A stretch of 64,000 nt of DNA. Source: Eledone cirrhosa. Its lineage: Eukaryota. Below the pieces are notes generated by a model. That model ran no database searches. It saw only the letters and a program-made list of their open reading frames with translations, and was not told where the DNA came from. Where the stretch lies: assembly GCA_964016885.1 (NCBI GenBank), contig OZ024743.1:376526001-376590000 (forward strand). Reading direction: 5' to 3'. Below are positions 32,250-47,281 of the stretch, piece by piece (the stretch's first letter is position 1; each line of letters begins with the position of its first letter). The position numbers and the translations under genes are program-made.

Positions 32250-33043
32250 TGTGTATATATATATATATATATATAGATATATATAATCACAAATACATAT
32301 ATATGCATATATACACATATATATATATATGTATGTGTGTATGTATACATTTGCAAACATGCATACGCGATTACATATGCACGAATAGCTTCACTCATAG
32401 ACATATAATAACACACACACACACACATACACACACACACAGACACATAGACACACACAGACACACACAAATATACATCCACATACACGTAAAGAAACAC
32501 TCATATATAAAAGAGAAATTAAATAGAGAATGTATTTTAGAAGTTTCATGTTTATATTTAAATTTGTATATTACATCGGTTGCGGTTTAGACGTTTGTGA
32601 TTTTGTGTAGATGAGTAGATATTACATTCCGGAATTTACATAATATACTGTAATACATGTTCTGTACTGTCTTAAGACTTGTTATTTTTTCATGACGTAT
32701 TCATTTGTTTTATAACTAGAGAGCATTTGGTTCATATAATATACTATATACTTACATAGTTTATTTTTATTGACTGTAGTATCTGTTCTATCTATGGTAG
32801 AGTGATTGTGTCCTTGTATTATCTAACAGCTTATTCTACAAACGTTTTCGTCTAATCTTCTTAAACCTTTAATTATTATATTTTTGATTACATGATTCTC
32901 AAATAACCAAGATTTCAGAGATCTTTATATGCATCTACATATAAATATATATATATAATATATATATATATAAGTTTATCCCACGTTCAATATATATTTG
33001 TGTGTATATATACATATTTATATATATACCTATATATCGATAC

Positions 33044-33079
<36 letters not shown>

Positions 33080-33204
33080 GTATCTATATATTGTTCATTA
33101 GTAAGCTGAGGTTCCGAACATAGCTTAACAGATATCCTTACATAAAATTATGATAAAAGGTTTATAAAAAAACACAAAGGGTTTCAAATGGTTTTGTATT
33201 AAAT

Positions 33205-34100
33205 AATTGTTTCTACTTTTGGCACGAGGCAAGCAATTACCCAGTACATTACTGGTACTTTATTTTATCGACCCCGTATAGATGAAACGCAAAGGTAACC
33301 TCGGCGGGATTTGAACTCAGATCGTAAAGGGACGTAACACTTTGCTAGAAAGCATGTCCGACCCTCTACCGATACTGCCAATTCACCGCCCTTTTGTATT
33401 AAATAATTGTTTCTACGTTTGGCACAAGGCGAGCAATTACCCAGTACATTACTGGTACTTTATTTTATCGACCCCGTAAGGATAAAAGGCAAAGTTAACC
33501 TCGGTGGGATTTGAACTCAGAATGGCAAGGGCCATAACTCTATACGTCAAAGCATGGCGTCCGACCCTCAATAATGTTTGTTTGTTACAGACTGGGTAAA
33601 AGATTCAATAAAATCCGTTTTATTTATTTAACGATACCGTATTTGCATGCATAAGAAAGTTGATATTCTACATTAGAAGTATATAAATAAATTATTCCGA
33701 ATATACTGTGCAATGCATTGTAATTATTTAACCTACGGCCCTTGCCATTCTGAGTTCAAATCCCGTCGAGGTTAACTTTGCCTTTCATCCTTACGGGGTC
33801 GATAAAATAAAGTACCAGTAATGTACTGGGTAATTGCTGGCCTTGTGCCAAAAGAAGAAACAATTATTTAACGACGGTTGGATTGGCAGAATCGGTAGAG
33901 CATCGGACACCCAGCTTCGCGGCATAGAATTACAACCCTTTACGTTCTGAGTTCAAATCCCACCTAGGGATGCCTTTCATCCTTGAAATAAAGTTTCATC
34001 GATGAAATAAAGTACCAGTCACACACTCGTGTCGATTTAATCGACTTTCCCCTCCCCCTTAAAATTGCTGGTCTTGTGTCTAAATCCAAAACCATTATTT
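33205..34100. mobile_element. Cluster of four OK-type SINEs (two minus, two plus)
   Basis: Copies at about 33205-33390(-), 33405-33570(-), 33735-33865(+) and 33875-34100(+). Confidence 0.85.
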
Positions 34101-34657
34101 AGCCGCGGTATGTATACAGACGCTACTATGCAAGTTAGAACAGCTTAGTTAAGTGTGATTTTCTTTATAATGTATAAGTAGCTGTAAACTGTTAATCTCA
34201 CTGTGGTCAGACGATGTGAGATCTTTCGCTGATGAATTGTATAACAAGACAGGAATGTTGAACAACTATACAGAGGTATAAAAGAAACTGTGGTGTAACC
34301 AGCGTTATGTTGTCATTTTACAGCGGTCATATAATTGCTGGTTTATTTTATATTGTATACTTTATATTACATTTATTGATGTGTAAGAGTCACACACACA
34401 CACACACACACATGACGCGGGTGGCTGAATGGAAATTTCCATTCAATCATAGAAAAGGTTTAAGCTTAACCGTAGGTTTTACATGTAGTAAATAATATAT
34501 ACACTGTTCCTTGTTTTCTGTATATATATATGTATATTCTTATGTATAAGTAAAAAATTCCATATATATATATATATTTATAAGTTTATCCCGGGTAACC
34601 ACAGTAAGGTACTCTATACAAAGCAGAGTATAAATATTAAATATATATATATATGTA

Positions 34658-34729
<72 letters not shown>

Positions 34730-34939
34730 GTGTGTGTATGTATGTATGTGCATATATACATGTATGTATAAACATATATACATATGTATATATATATATA
34801 TATTGTATTAACAGTTGGCTTCTCTATTCCTTCGAATAAAATTGTTCGTCATATAGAAGCTATTTCGATATTAAATATCATACACACACACACGCGCGCA
34901 TACATACATATATACATACATTCATACATACATATATAC

Positions 34940-35006
<67 letters not shown>

Positions 35007-35074
35007 CATACATACATACATACATACACACATACATATATATATATACATACATGCATACATACATACATACA

Positions 35075-35110
<36 letters not shown>

Positions 35111-35129
35111 TATAGATATACATACATGC

Positions 35130-35160
<31 letters not shown>

Positions 35161-35173
35161 CATACATGCATAC

Positions 35174-35204
<31 letters not shown>

Positions 35205-36284
35205 CACACATGCATACATGCATACATACATACATATATATATATAGATATACATACATGCATACATACATACATACATATATATATATAGATATACATA
35301 CATGCATACATACATACATACATATATATATATACACACACACACATATATATATATATATAGATATAGATTTTATATTTATATAAGTAGGGAGCAGCTT
35401 TTCTTTCAAACAGGGATTAAGAAACGCTACTGTTCCAAATATATTATAAAGAATTTATAAGGAAATACCAAAAAATCCTTAACAATAAAATGATCGAAAA
35501 CCACTTGCGAGTTTTTCAATATGTGGTTAAGGAGTTCGTTTCAAAACCCAACAAACGATGGGGCTAAGGGTTCATTACGTTGGGTTCATTCACGGCTAGA
35601 ATAGAAGTGTCCTTTATTATAACCCTGGGTCATATTGTAGAGAATATATGTATAAGTACAGAGGTCGATACACTCGACTAAATCAAGGTAGTACTCCAGT
35701 ATGGCTGCAGTCTAATGACTGGAACTTGTTAAAGAATAGATTATATGTATGTAAATATGTATGTATGTGTGTATGTATGTATGAATGTAGGTGTGCAAGC
35801 CTGTTATATAAACAGGTATGTATGTATGTATGTATGTATGTATGTATGTATGTATGTATGTATGTATGTATGTATGTATGTATGTATGTATACATGTATT
35901 TATGCATGTACGTATATATGTATGAATGTATGTATGTATGCATGTATAGTTATTTGCGTGTGATTTTCGTATTACGAAAGAATGAGTCTTCCATATGTAA
36001 ACATAGAGATAATTTATATATTATAATACCTGGTAGATGTTTTTAGGGTAATACGAATACCAGGTACACACACTTACACACACATATATACACAAACACA
36101 CATATACATATATATACAAACACACATATACATATATACACACACACATATACATACATACATACATACATACATACATACATACATACATACATACATA
36201 CATAATACATGCATACATACATACATACATACATACATACATACATACATACATACATACATACATACATACATGATGATGGCT

Positions 36285-36610
36285 GCCCCCTCGTTATCGA
36301 GTCTGGCCATTGCACGATATACCATTATCAATAATAATTAATTAATTCTATCGTGCAATGCCTGTGCGTGAAGATATTTTTTAAAGTTAGGAAAGACTGT
36401 GCACTGAGCCAATCCCACTCTCTGAGCGACAGTAGCTATAACCCGAAAAGAAGAAAAGATCAACATCATCGGTAACTACTGAGCCTCAGGTTTTATGTCG
36501 GAGTTATCCCAGTTTCCTGAGTTGCCTTCTCCTAGAAGAATGCCCTGAGAAAGTCTAGGGGTCCTTCACTCCCAGTGGTTTAACCACGCGATCGGGTGTC
36601 CAGCCCGACT
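36285..36610 (-). mobile_element. Diverged relative of the RTE-derived repeat
   Basis: CTGTGCACTGAGCCAATCCCACTCTC..AAAAGAAGAAAAGATCAACATCATCGG aligns by eye with 1806-1960. Confidence 0.55.
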
Positions 36611-36649
36611 ATTTCATACATACATACATATACATATACATATACACAT

Positions 36650-36727
<78 letters not shown>

Positions 36728-36806
36728 CAAGGTTCATTGATTAATCAATGAATATAGTTTTACAATAGATTAGAAGTACTCAACAGTTAGTTTTCTGGAG
36801 TTATTA

Positions 36807-37118
36807 ATATTAATTCAAAATATTAATAAATATAAACATTCATGTGATCAAATATATTTTATTATATATATTTCAGAGGTACTGTGCTGTTTCCTCAGTA
36901 CGTCCTCATCAGATAAAATAAATTGATGTCTGACATACCTCATACCTCAATTCCAAGACTGGAATTGAACCATCAGCACAGTTGAGGTATGTCAGACATC
37001 AATTTATTTTATCTGATGAGGACGTACTGAGGAAACAGCACAGTACCTCTGAAATATATATAATAAAATATATTTGATCACATGAATGTCTATATTTATT
37101 AATATTTTGAATTAATAT
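36807..37118. mobile_element. Near-perfect palindrome (136-bp arms, 40-bp spacer) with two outward-facing hammerheads
   Basis: Arms 36807-36942 and 36983-37118; HHR at 37005-37070 (+) and 36855-36920 (-). Confidence 0.8.
37005..37070 (+). ncRNA. Minimal type I hammerhead ribozyme (C-C family)
   Basis: TATTTTAT CTGATGA GGACGTACTG..CAGTACCTCT GAAA TATATA TA ATAAAATA; perfect 8-bp stem I. Confidence 0.85.
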
Positions 37119-37180
37119 ATATATATATGGCCTCAGCATGGCCTCAGCCGGATGGCTGAAACAGGTAAAAGAGTAAAAGA

Positions 37181-37223
<43 letters not shown>

Positions 37224-37269
37224 GAAATGACAGGAGGCTGGATTTGTGTAAATCCTTGAAAGGTTTATT

Positions 37270-37327
37270 ATACTATGATCATTTCAATGACCGGGTTCCG
37301 TATGAATCCGGTGATATCATCAGGTAT
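37270..37327 (-). ncRNA. Minimal type I hammerhead ribozyme (C-C family, U-U first pair)
   Basis: Minus: ATAC CTGATGA TATCACCGGATTC..GAACCCGGTCATT GAAA TGATCA TA GTAT, then AATAAA. Confidence 0.7.
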
Positions 37328-37468
37328 TCGAAATATAATACGTGAATGTAATAGGTAAAATCCATGGGGCTGAAAATCGAGACCCGAGGGCGACCGCTAT
37401 TCTGTTCCTTCAACCTCAGCCGGTCGCCCTGGAATAGACCAGCTCTATACAGTGGTGAACCTCAAACC

Positions 37469-37525
<57 letters not shown>

Positions 37526-37713
37526 TCGGCTCGTTATACAAACACACATATATATATATATACATATATTAATTGTTATTTTTTCAGGTTAATATTATTG
37601 CGTTGCTCTACGTCAGTCAGATTATGTACGTGTATATGCGTTTGTATGTATGTGTGTGCATGTGTGTGTATGTAAGAGAGAGAGAGAGAGAGAAAGGGAG
37701 AGAGAGAGAGAGA

Positions 37714-37795
<82 letters not shown>

Positions 37796-38784
37796 TTAAA
37801 AGAGAAAGTCAGAGTGTGTGTATAAGTGTCCGCGCGCGCTTGTGCATGTGTGTGAATATGTATTTGCATGTATTGTGTACGTCTGTACATGCGTGAAGGA
37901 GCATGTATGTGTGTGTACGTATGTGTGCGTGTATGTGTATGTGTGCATTATTTGCGAGCGTGTGTGTGTATGTGTGTTGTGTGTGTGTGTATGTGTGTGT
38001 ATTACGGTTAATTGGTTCAGCAATTCTCAGCCACTACAGGAAGTCTTCTCTTCGACCTGGCAGTCAGCGGGTGTCCTTGTTGTAATAGTGGTAGTGGTGG
38101 TGATGCTGGTAGTATTTGTGGTTGTGGTGATGGTGATGGTGGTGGTTGTAATAGTGGTAGTGGTGTGGTGATGACTTAGTGATATTGTGATGGTGGTGGT
38201 AATAGCCTAGTGATATTATGATGATGGTGGTGGTAGTGGCATAGTGGTTGTGTGGTCGTTATGGTGGTGGTGTTGGTGTTCGTTGTGTAGTGATGATAGT
38301 GATGGTGCTGATGGTGATGGCGTTGCTTGTGTGTTAGTGATGATGGTAGCGGTGTTCAGTGATAAAGATGGTGATGGGGAGAGTATGTATGTAGTGTGGG
38401 TAAGGTGTGGTAGAGGGTGTTTTATTATGTAGACTAGGGAGATAGGAGAACTTCTCGCCCACACTCAACGCATAAACCCCCACTGACAAAGTCTCTTAAA
38501 ACCCCACTTGAAACACCCCACCAAAAATAAAATAAAAGCTATTTATTCCATAAGACCAAATTAGTAATTTAATATAAATTATAAATTATATAGCTATTCA
38601 TTTGTAAAACTAAAGACCCATTATATTACTTAACATTGATGTAACCTACAGGTAGTTTTGCACTTGAAATTCCCCCATTTTCCCCCACCCAGCCATTTCA
38701 CTGCTAAGAATATTTAAATCTTAAGAATACAACAGTTATTTAATATAAGTTCTAAGACTGCTGGATTGGCTGATTTGGCAATGG

Positions 38785-39255
38785 CTTCTTCTTCTTCTTC
38801 TTCTTCTTCTTCTTCTTCTTCTTCTTCTTCTTCTTCTTCTTCTTCTTCTTCTTCTCCCACTTATTCCTGAGAGGGTCGTAGGGGCAGAGTCCTTAAACAC
38901 TCCTTCCAGTGGGTCTTGTCAGTAGCAACCGTCTCCAACTGATCCGGCTGGATCCCCAAGCGAGACCAGCCAAGCTCATGGATGTTATCCAACCATCTTG
39001 CTCGGGTCTACCCCTGGGTCTCTTGCTGGCTGCTTTTATCCATAAAATCTGTCCAGCAATTCATACCTAAGACATTCTAACGACGTGACCATAGTATCGA
39101 AGCTGTGATCTCTCAATTCGGAGAAGTAGCGGCTCTATCTGGAGTGATTCTCTCATCTCTGAGCTACACATTCTATCGAGTAACGTTACTCGGAGGAACC
39201 CCATTTCGGCCGCTTGCATTCGCGATCGTATTCCTTTAGTCAGTATCCAAGATCA
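38785..39255 (-). mobile_element. RTE-clade LINE 3' fragment with (GAA)n tail
   Basis: Minus reads RMQAAEMGF, IERSQLRYYGHVVRM, RWLDNIHEL; tail at 38785-38855. Confidence 0.8.
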
Positions 39256-39317
39256 TAATTATGAATTTATAAAATTAATGATCCATTATTTTGAGGAAAA
39301 TAATGAATCATTATTTT

Positions 39318-39465
39318 GGCGGTGGATTGTCAGTAATCGGTAGAGCGTCGGACAAAATGCTTTGCATATTTATTTATCGCCCTTTACGTTCTGAGTTCAA
39401 ATCCCGCCGAGGTTAGCTTTTCCTTTCATCGTTACGAGGGTCAATAAAATAAAGCACCAGTAACG
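39318..39465 (+). mobile_element. OK-type SINE
   Basis: GGCGGTGGATTGTCAG..GGTAGAGCGTCGGAC..GAGTTCAAATCCCGCCGAGG. Confidence 0.8.
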
Positions 39466-39810
39466 CAATGTAGGAAGATATCCACTGGAATCAATACTTA
39501 GCTTCGGTTTCATGATGTTGAGTCGCTGAAAGTTAAATCTATCTCATGTTTATGACGGCACACCTTTGTTAGACAATTTCCCCGTAATATCCTAAGAACA
39601 GCGTAGCACTGAGCTCCACTGTACTGTAGCAATAACATACTAATCCATGTTCTATTGTAGAACTGTAGTTCTAAGCCTTACTCTCCGGGAGAAATGTAGT
39701 TCTAAGCCCGTTCTATTGTAGTACTAAACCTTGTTCTGAATTAGTAGTGATGTATCAAGCATCACTCTATATTAGTTCAAATGGTTCAAACCTTGCTCTT
39801 TCGTAACATT

Positions 39811-40087
39811 AAAGTCTAAAGTCTGTCGTAAGCCAGAAGGCTCATTTGGCCGGTGCTTGTCCCGGTTTCATGGCGTGAAGCGACTGAGAGTACAAGACTC
39901 CCCCCTGGACAGGACGCCAGTCCATCGCAGGGTTAAACCTCCAGCTATTGCTGGTACTCATTTTCAGTTGAGTATACTGGAGCAACGTGAAATGAAGTGT
40001 TTTGCTCAAGAACACAAGACGCAGCTCAAGAATCGAACCCACAACATTATGATCGTAAGTCCAACACTCTTACCACTAGGCCACGTG
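39811..40087 (-). mobile_element. tRNA-derived SINE (second family), young
   Basis: Near-identical inverted copy of 63376-63652. Confidence 0.85.
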
Positions 40088-40147
40088 CTTCCACCTTTCG
40101 TAGCACTAGGTTAGTTTATAACGTATTGTATTGCTCTATTGTAAATA

Positions 40148-40332
40148 ACTGTTTCTACTTTGGGCACAAGGCCAGCAATTATCCCAGTGTATTACTGGTA
40201 CTTTATTTTATCGACCCCGTAAGGATGAAAGGCAAAGTTAACCTCGGCGGGATTTGAACTCAGAACATAAAGGGAGGTAACTCTATGCTTCAAAGCATGG
40301 TGTCCGACCCTCTACCGATACTGCCAATCCAC
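40148..40332 (-). mobile_element. OK-type SINE
   Basis: Full reverse-complement match to family consensus. Confidence 0.85.
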
Positions 40333-40941
40333 AAATAACAATGACCAGATAGGTGACCAGTGGTGAGGTAGAACCCCCCCCCCCCGCTCGACACACACAC
40401 ACACACAAAACAATGTTCTTCTACCAAGGAGCTGAAAATCAATCGCATCAAATCTTATCAATCTTACTATTCTGGAGAGCCTGCGAAGGTTATACACACT
40501 ACCTTATCTTTTGACTAAACAAAAACCAAAGATACCCTTGCACCCTATTTGAACGCATAACCTCAGCATAGATAGTCTAGTACCTTATATACTAGTGCGA
40601 CCTCGACCCCGCTGCTGTTTAAAGCTACCAAAATAAGCTAGAAATATCCTCTTCCTCCCATGCCCACCCCTCCATTGATCGTAGGTTCTGTTTCTTCCGT
40701 ACACATGTAAGTTGATGTAATAAGGAGGAGAGGAAGGTCTGTTTTTGACTGAACTGGAGTGTTCCAGTTCTTAGGTGTTGCGATGAGAGTCTTTACATAT
40801 ATTATTTGACACGAGAGGACACACACACACACACACACACATACACACACAGACATACATACACACACATACATACACACACACGCATACACACGCATAC
40901 ACACACACACACCCGCGCGCACACACACACACACACACCCG

Positions 40942-40998
<57 letters not shown>

Positions 40999-42045
40999 AC
41001 ACACACACACAGGAACACACAAAAATCGTCCCTTTGATTTCCGTTCAAAATATAAGAAAAAAAAAAAGAGAGAACATAAGAAAAGCGAATCGTAACAAAA
41101 CCACAACAAAAACTACAAGTTAACATCGAATATATGTTGTGTCTACTGAATGTTGATCGTAGTTTAGTTTGTTTTCAGTGTTTTGACAGGGGTTCCATGT
41201 TTAGTCAGACATCGTGTCTTGACGACACTGTATTTACTACTACTATCGTTACTGTTGTTGCTGTTGCTGTTGCTGTTATTGTTGAGGTTATTGGTATTGC
41301 TGTTACTGTTGTTGCCACTGCAAGTAACACTGTTTGGTCAGATAGACACTTTGTCTAGTGAGGCGTTCTGATAGCGTCACATCTCATATTTGATCAGCTG
41401 CAATGGCGATCGAAGCTTCATCGAGTCTCTTGCTATATTTGGTCAGAATCTTTATTTGCTCAGACACAGTCACGTCATTGTGTTTATTCAGAACGACGTC
41501 GTTTATGCTCAGAGCGAGATCTTTATTTTGGTCATCTCAGTTCTTCAACATCTTGTAGTTCTTATACTGCTTGTAGATTTATATTCCACACTACCAGAAT
41601 TCTTATATATGCTCAGTTCCATATGATGTATATATATAATATATAAGTAATTCTCAGGGAGATTCAGTATGATTCGGCACCTAATGATTGCGAAAAAAAA
41701 AAACTTCTTGACATTTCGGCCATACTACGTCCAGGATTAAAAAGCTAGTATCATACTATGAGAAAACGAGGTAAATGTTAACACCTTGTGTGTGCAAGGC
41801 AAGATTTAATGGAGTGGGGGCACCTGTGACGGCCGTAGTAATTTACGTGTGCCCTCAGCTGGGCTTTTTAGTTTTAGGATGGTTAGAATATTTGAATTTA
41901 ATACTTGTATGTATAACTTTGCTATTCCAATTACTTGCGCCAAGCTAAATTTGATATGTAAAATTGTGGAGTTAGCTGTGTATTACTCCCGCTCCCCCAA
42001 AAATATCACACGCTCCAGGCCCCCTAAAGTCTAAATCCAACCCTG

Positions 42046-42139
<94 letters not shown>

Positions 42140-42574
42140 GTATATATATATATATATATATATTTATATGCACGCACATATACACAGATATATATGTAGA
42201 TATGTATGTGTGTATTTATATATATTTATATATGAAAGATTTTACTGGTTAAGGCAAGTAAGACTATTATTTAAATCCAACTCTGTATGTTGAGTATTCC
42301 AAACACGAGTACACACAGTGTAATTCTCACTTTGATTCGGTGTGACACAGCATGTTACAAGGCGGCTGGTAGTTGTAAATTAGTAGTACTGTTCATCTGA
42401 TGGGCTTCTGAACAGATTCCAATTACCAAATTTCATTCACACGAATATGAGACTATGGTAAATGGCATAAGCCCAAGAGCAACGTAGTGAGCTCAAATTT
42501 GGGGCCTTATGATTGCCAAGTGAACTTCTTAGCCATTCAGCTGTGTTGTCCGCCAGCAAAAGAAATAATAATTA

Positions 42575-42768
42575 TGATTTCTTGTATAGGCACAAGGCCA
42601 GTAATTTGGGGGAGGGGAAAGTCGATTTAAATCGACCCCAGTACGTTACTGCTTCTTTATTTTATCGACCCTGTAAGGATGAAAGGCAAAGCTAATCTCG
42701 GCGGGATTTGAACTTAGACAGTAAAGGGCCGTAACTCTATGCCATAAATCATATTGTCTGATGTTCTA
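42575..42768 (-). mobile_element. OK-type SINE
   Basis: GGCACAAGGCCAG..ATCGACCC..GGCGGGATTTGAACT. Confidence 0.8.
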
Positions 42769-42879
42769 CTTACACTGCAAATCTATCAATAACAGTAATA
42801 ATGGTTTCTTATGATATGATAAGATAGTAAACAGAGAAATGTGTTTCAGCGGACAGAGACGGTTTCTTGACGAAAGTCT

Positions 42880-44275
42880 TGATGCTGCTGCTGTTGCTGT
42901 AGTCACTACTGCTGCTGCTGCTGTTGCTATAGTCACTACTGCTGCTGCTGCTGTTGCTGTAGTCACTACTGCTGCTGCTGCTGTTGCTGTAGTCACTACT
43001 GATGCTGCTGCTGTTGTTGTAGTCACTACTGATGCTGCTGCTGTTGCTGTAGTCACTACTGCTGCTGCTGCTGTTGCTGTAGTCACTACTGCTGCTGCTG
43101 CTGTTGCTGTAGTCACTACTGATGCTGCTGCTGTTGCTGTAGTCACTACTGATGCTGCTGCTGTTGCTGTAGTCACTACTGATGCTGCTGCTGTTGCTGT
43201 AGTCACTACTGCTGCTGCTGCTGTTGTTGTAGTCACTACTGATGCTGCTGCTGTTGCTGTAGTCACTACTGCTGCTGCTGCTGTTGCTGTAGTCACTACT
43301 GATGCTGCTGCTGTTGCTGTAGTCACTACTGCTGCTGTTGCTGTAGTCACTACTGCTGCTGCTGCTGTTGCTGTAGTCACTACTGATGCTGCTGCTGTTG
43401 CTGTAGTCACTACTGCTGCTGGTGCTGTTGCTGTAGTCACTACTGCTGCTGCTGCTGTTGCTGTAGTCACTACTGATGCTGCTGCTGTTGTTGTAGTCAC
43501 TACTGATGCTGCTGCTGTTGCTGTAGTCACTACTGCTGCTGCTGCTGTTGCTGTAGTCACTACTGCTGCTGCTGCTGTTGCTGTAGTCACTACTGCTGCT
43601 GCTACTGTTGCTGTAGTCACTACTGATGCTGCTGCTGTTGTTGTAGTCACTACTGATGCTGCTGCTGTTGTTGTAGTCACTACTGATGCTGCTGCTGTTG
43701 CTGTAGTCACTACTGATGCTGCTGCTGTTGCTGTAGTCACTACTGATGCTGCTGCTGTTGTTGTAGTCACTACTGATGCTGCTGCTGTTGCTGTAGTCAC
43801 TACTGATGCTGCTGCTGTTGTTGTAGTCACTACTGCTGCTGCTGCTGTTGCTGTAGTCACTACTGATGCTGCTGCTGTTGCTGTAGTCACTACTGCTACT
43901 GATGCTGCTGCTGTTGCTGTAGTCACTACTGCTGCTGCTGCTGTTGTTGTAGTCACTAGTGATGCTGCTGCTGTTGCTGTAGTCACTACTGATGCTGCTG
44001 CTGTTGCTGTAGTCACTACTGCTGCTGCTGCTGTTGCTGTAGTCACTACTGCTGCTGCTGTTGCTGTAGTCACTACTGATGCTGCTGCTGTTGTTGTAGT
44101 CACTACTGATGCTGCTGCTGTTGTTGTAGTCACTACTGATGTTGCTGCTGTTGCTGTAGTCACTACTGCTGCTGCTGCTGTTGCTGTAGTCACTACTACT
44201 GCTGCTGCTGTTGCTGTAGTCACTACTGATGCTGCTGCTGTTGTTGTAGTCACTACTGATGCTGCTGCTGTTGTT
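42880..44275. repeat. 30-bp minisatellite, about 46 units
   Basis: G(A/C)TGCTGCTGCTGTTG(C/T)TGTAGTCACTACT tandem array. Confidence 0.95.
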
Positions 44276-44338
44276 AATATTCATTGCTTTTGATCTAATC
44301 CCTTATAATATCTTGCATGTATGCATCATGTATGTATA

Positions 44339-44532
<194 letters not shown>

Positions 44533-44588
44533 TGTATATATATATATATATACTGTATATGTATATACTGTATATGTATATATATATA

Positions 44589-44701
<113 letters not shown>

Positions 44702-44733
44702 CTGTATATGTATATACTGTATATGTATATATA

Positions 44734-44828
<95 letters not shown>

Positions 44829-45281
44829 CATATATATTTACATATATGTGTATGTCTGTTCGTATGTGTGTGTATTTATTTGTATTTAAAATTTTCAATG
44901 AAGCAACTGGTTGTTTCAAAATGGAACCCCTTCTTGGTTCAGTCAGTTAGCATAAATCAGAAAGGCAATTTTACGAGTCTAGCATGTGTCCTGAATCACT
45001 AATTCTGTCTAGAGGGTGGTATAGCACTGACTGCCTCATCATAGTGAAAAGATTAACTGCTTGCTTTGTCAGTTAGAACCTTACAGGAGTCAGGGCTGTT
45101 AGCAGTGAGGCCAACATCGGATAGCTAAAAGTAAAGAGAGACAAACAAAGACGTGTGAGTTTGACAAAGAAACATTACCAATGATAAATGGATTAGATAG
45201 ATAAATAGGTAGGTAAGTCGGTAGATAGATAGATAGGTAGATGGATAGATAGGTAGGTAGATAGATAGATAGATAGATAGC

Positions 45282-45333
<52 letters not shown>

Positions 45334-45385
45334 TAGATGAGTAGATAAATGAGTGACTGAAGAAACTGTTATATTCACTTATCAC

Positions 45386-45471
<86 letters not shown>

Positions 45472-45620
45472 CTTTCTCTCTCTCTCCCCCTCTCTCTGTC
45501 TCTCTCTCTCTCCCTCTTTTTGTATCTCTCTCTTCCTCTCTCTCTGTCTCTCTCTGTCTCTCTATCTCTCTCTGTGATCTAGTTACTAACACACTATCAC
45601 TGTAAGGAATATGACAATTT

Positions 45621-45656
<36 letters not shown>

Positions 45657-46192
45657 ATGTGCGTGTGTGTGTGTGTGCGTGTGTGTGTTTGCTGTTTGTG
45701 TATGTTCTTTAACTTAGCGGTCCGACGAAAAAAGATCGATAAAATAAGCACTGAGGTTATTATGATCAACTAAAAATCCTTTCAATGAGATGCCCAACCA
45801 TGGCCGCAATCCAATGATTGAAACCAGTAAAAGAATATAAGGATAAAATAATAAAAGTATACGGAACAATCACAGATGGCGTGCTTATACAAACAGTTGA
45901 TATATTAAATGTATGAGATACTCTATCAAATATCAGTTGGTCTATTGGAATAAACACACTTATATCGGGAACAAACACTATAACACTCCAATAGCGAAAA
46001 TAATTAGATATAAAACGTTCACTATTTGCATTGTTCTGTCTTTTCGATTATCTCCCCTCTATTTGTATATTTTTTATCTTTGTATATTTATCTCCAAATT
46101 CCAATTTCCTACAAAATCATATATTGTTCCTCTTCTTTCTTGATTTGCTTTTTATGTTTTTGCCCCCAAATTTTCTTTTTCTTCCCTCCCAC

Positions 46193-46238
<46 letters not shown>

Positions 46239-46757
46239 GTATATATATGTATGTATATATATATACATACATACACCACCATATATATATATATATGTAT
46301 ATAATATATGGGGGTGTTCGCTATTTTACTGTTAGCCCTGCTGTTTACTATTGCCACCAAAGTTGTTTATCTCATCAGTTTCGCCCCGCCTCTTGCAGAC
46401 TCCCTCAATCAACACCACCACCACTGACCACCACACCTCCACCAACAACACCACCTCCACCACCACACCACAGCAACCTCTTGAACATCTTCACTACATT
46501 ATTATTATAAATATCTGGCATCTAACTAAAGCTCCAAAGCTAGAAGTATTTCCGATCGATCCCATAACACCGCCTTAAAACCAGCACCTAATCCCTTCTA
46601 AAAGACTTTTATAAGATAAAATGAATACAAAACCATCATCTCCCTCACCTATTGTTTGTTATTATGTATGTTTACTACTGGCATTTATTAGCTTTACTCA
46701 CCCCCCCCCCACCCCTCTCTCTCTATATATATATAGAGAGAGAGATATATGTGTGTA

Positions 46758-46962
46758 TGAGAAAAACCACAAACCCTCCATCTAAATTCTACTTTTGAAA
46801 AGCAGAAAAAGTGCGAAACCGATAAAGGAACCAAATAAATACATATTTAAAAATAGAAAGACTCCAGTTGCATTTTCGATTTCATCTTTTTTCCTTATAC
46901 TTTCACTCGTGTAGGACACCTCGGTTTTTTTTTCATTTTGTAAAAAAAACGTCACTTTCTAA
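46758..46962 (+). mobile_element. Third, diverged copy of the U3-A8 hammerhead element (single arm)
   Basis: GAGAAAAACCAC..CTACTTTTGAAAAGCAGAAAAAGTGCGAAACCGATAAAGGAACCAAATAAA...CACTTTCTAAT. Confidence 0.75.
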
Positions 46963-47196
46963 TAGATATATATATATATATACGTACAGACATTTTAATA
47001 TATATACATATATATACATATATATATATATTATAGATAACGAGGAATCAGTGATGCATCAAAGCAAAATTTATTAACATATTACATATGTTTCTCCGAC
47101 GATCAGCTCAAGGCAGGATCTATTATAGATCGAACCTGACTCTGCATTCGCAAGGTCCTCAGATATGTTTTGCGCTTTCAAAGCAACTATATATAC

Positions 47197-47281
<85 letters not shown>

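Noticed and set aside
41795-42045. Possible hAT-type TIR pair
   Set aside because: Ends too degenerate and no clear TSD.
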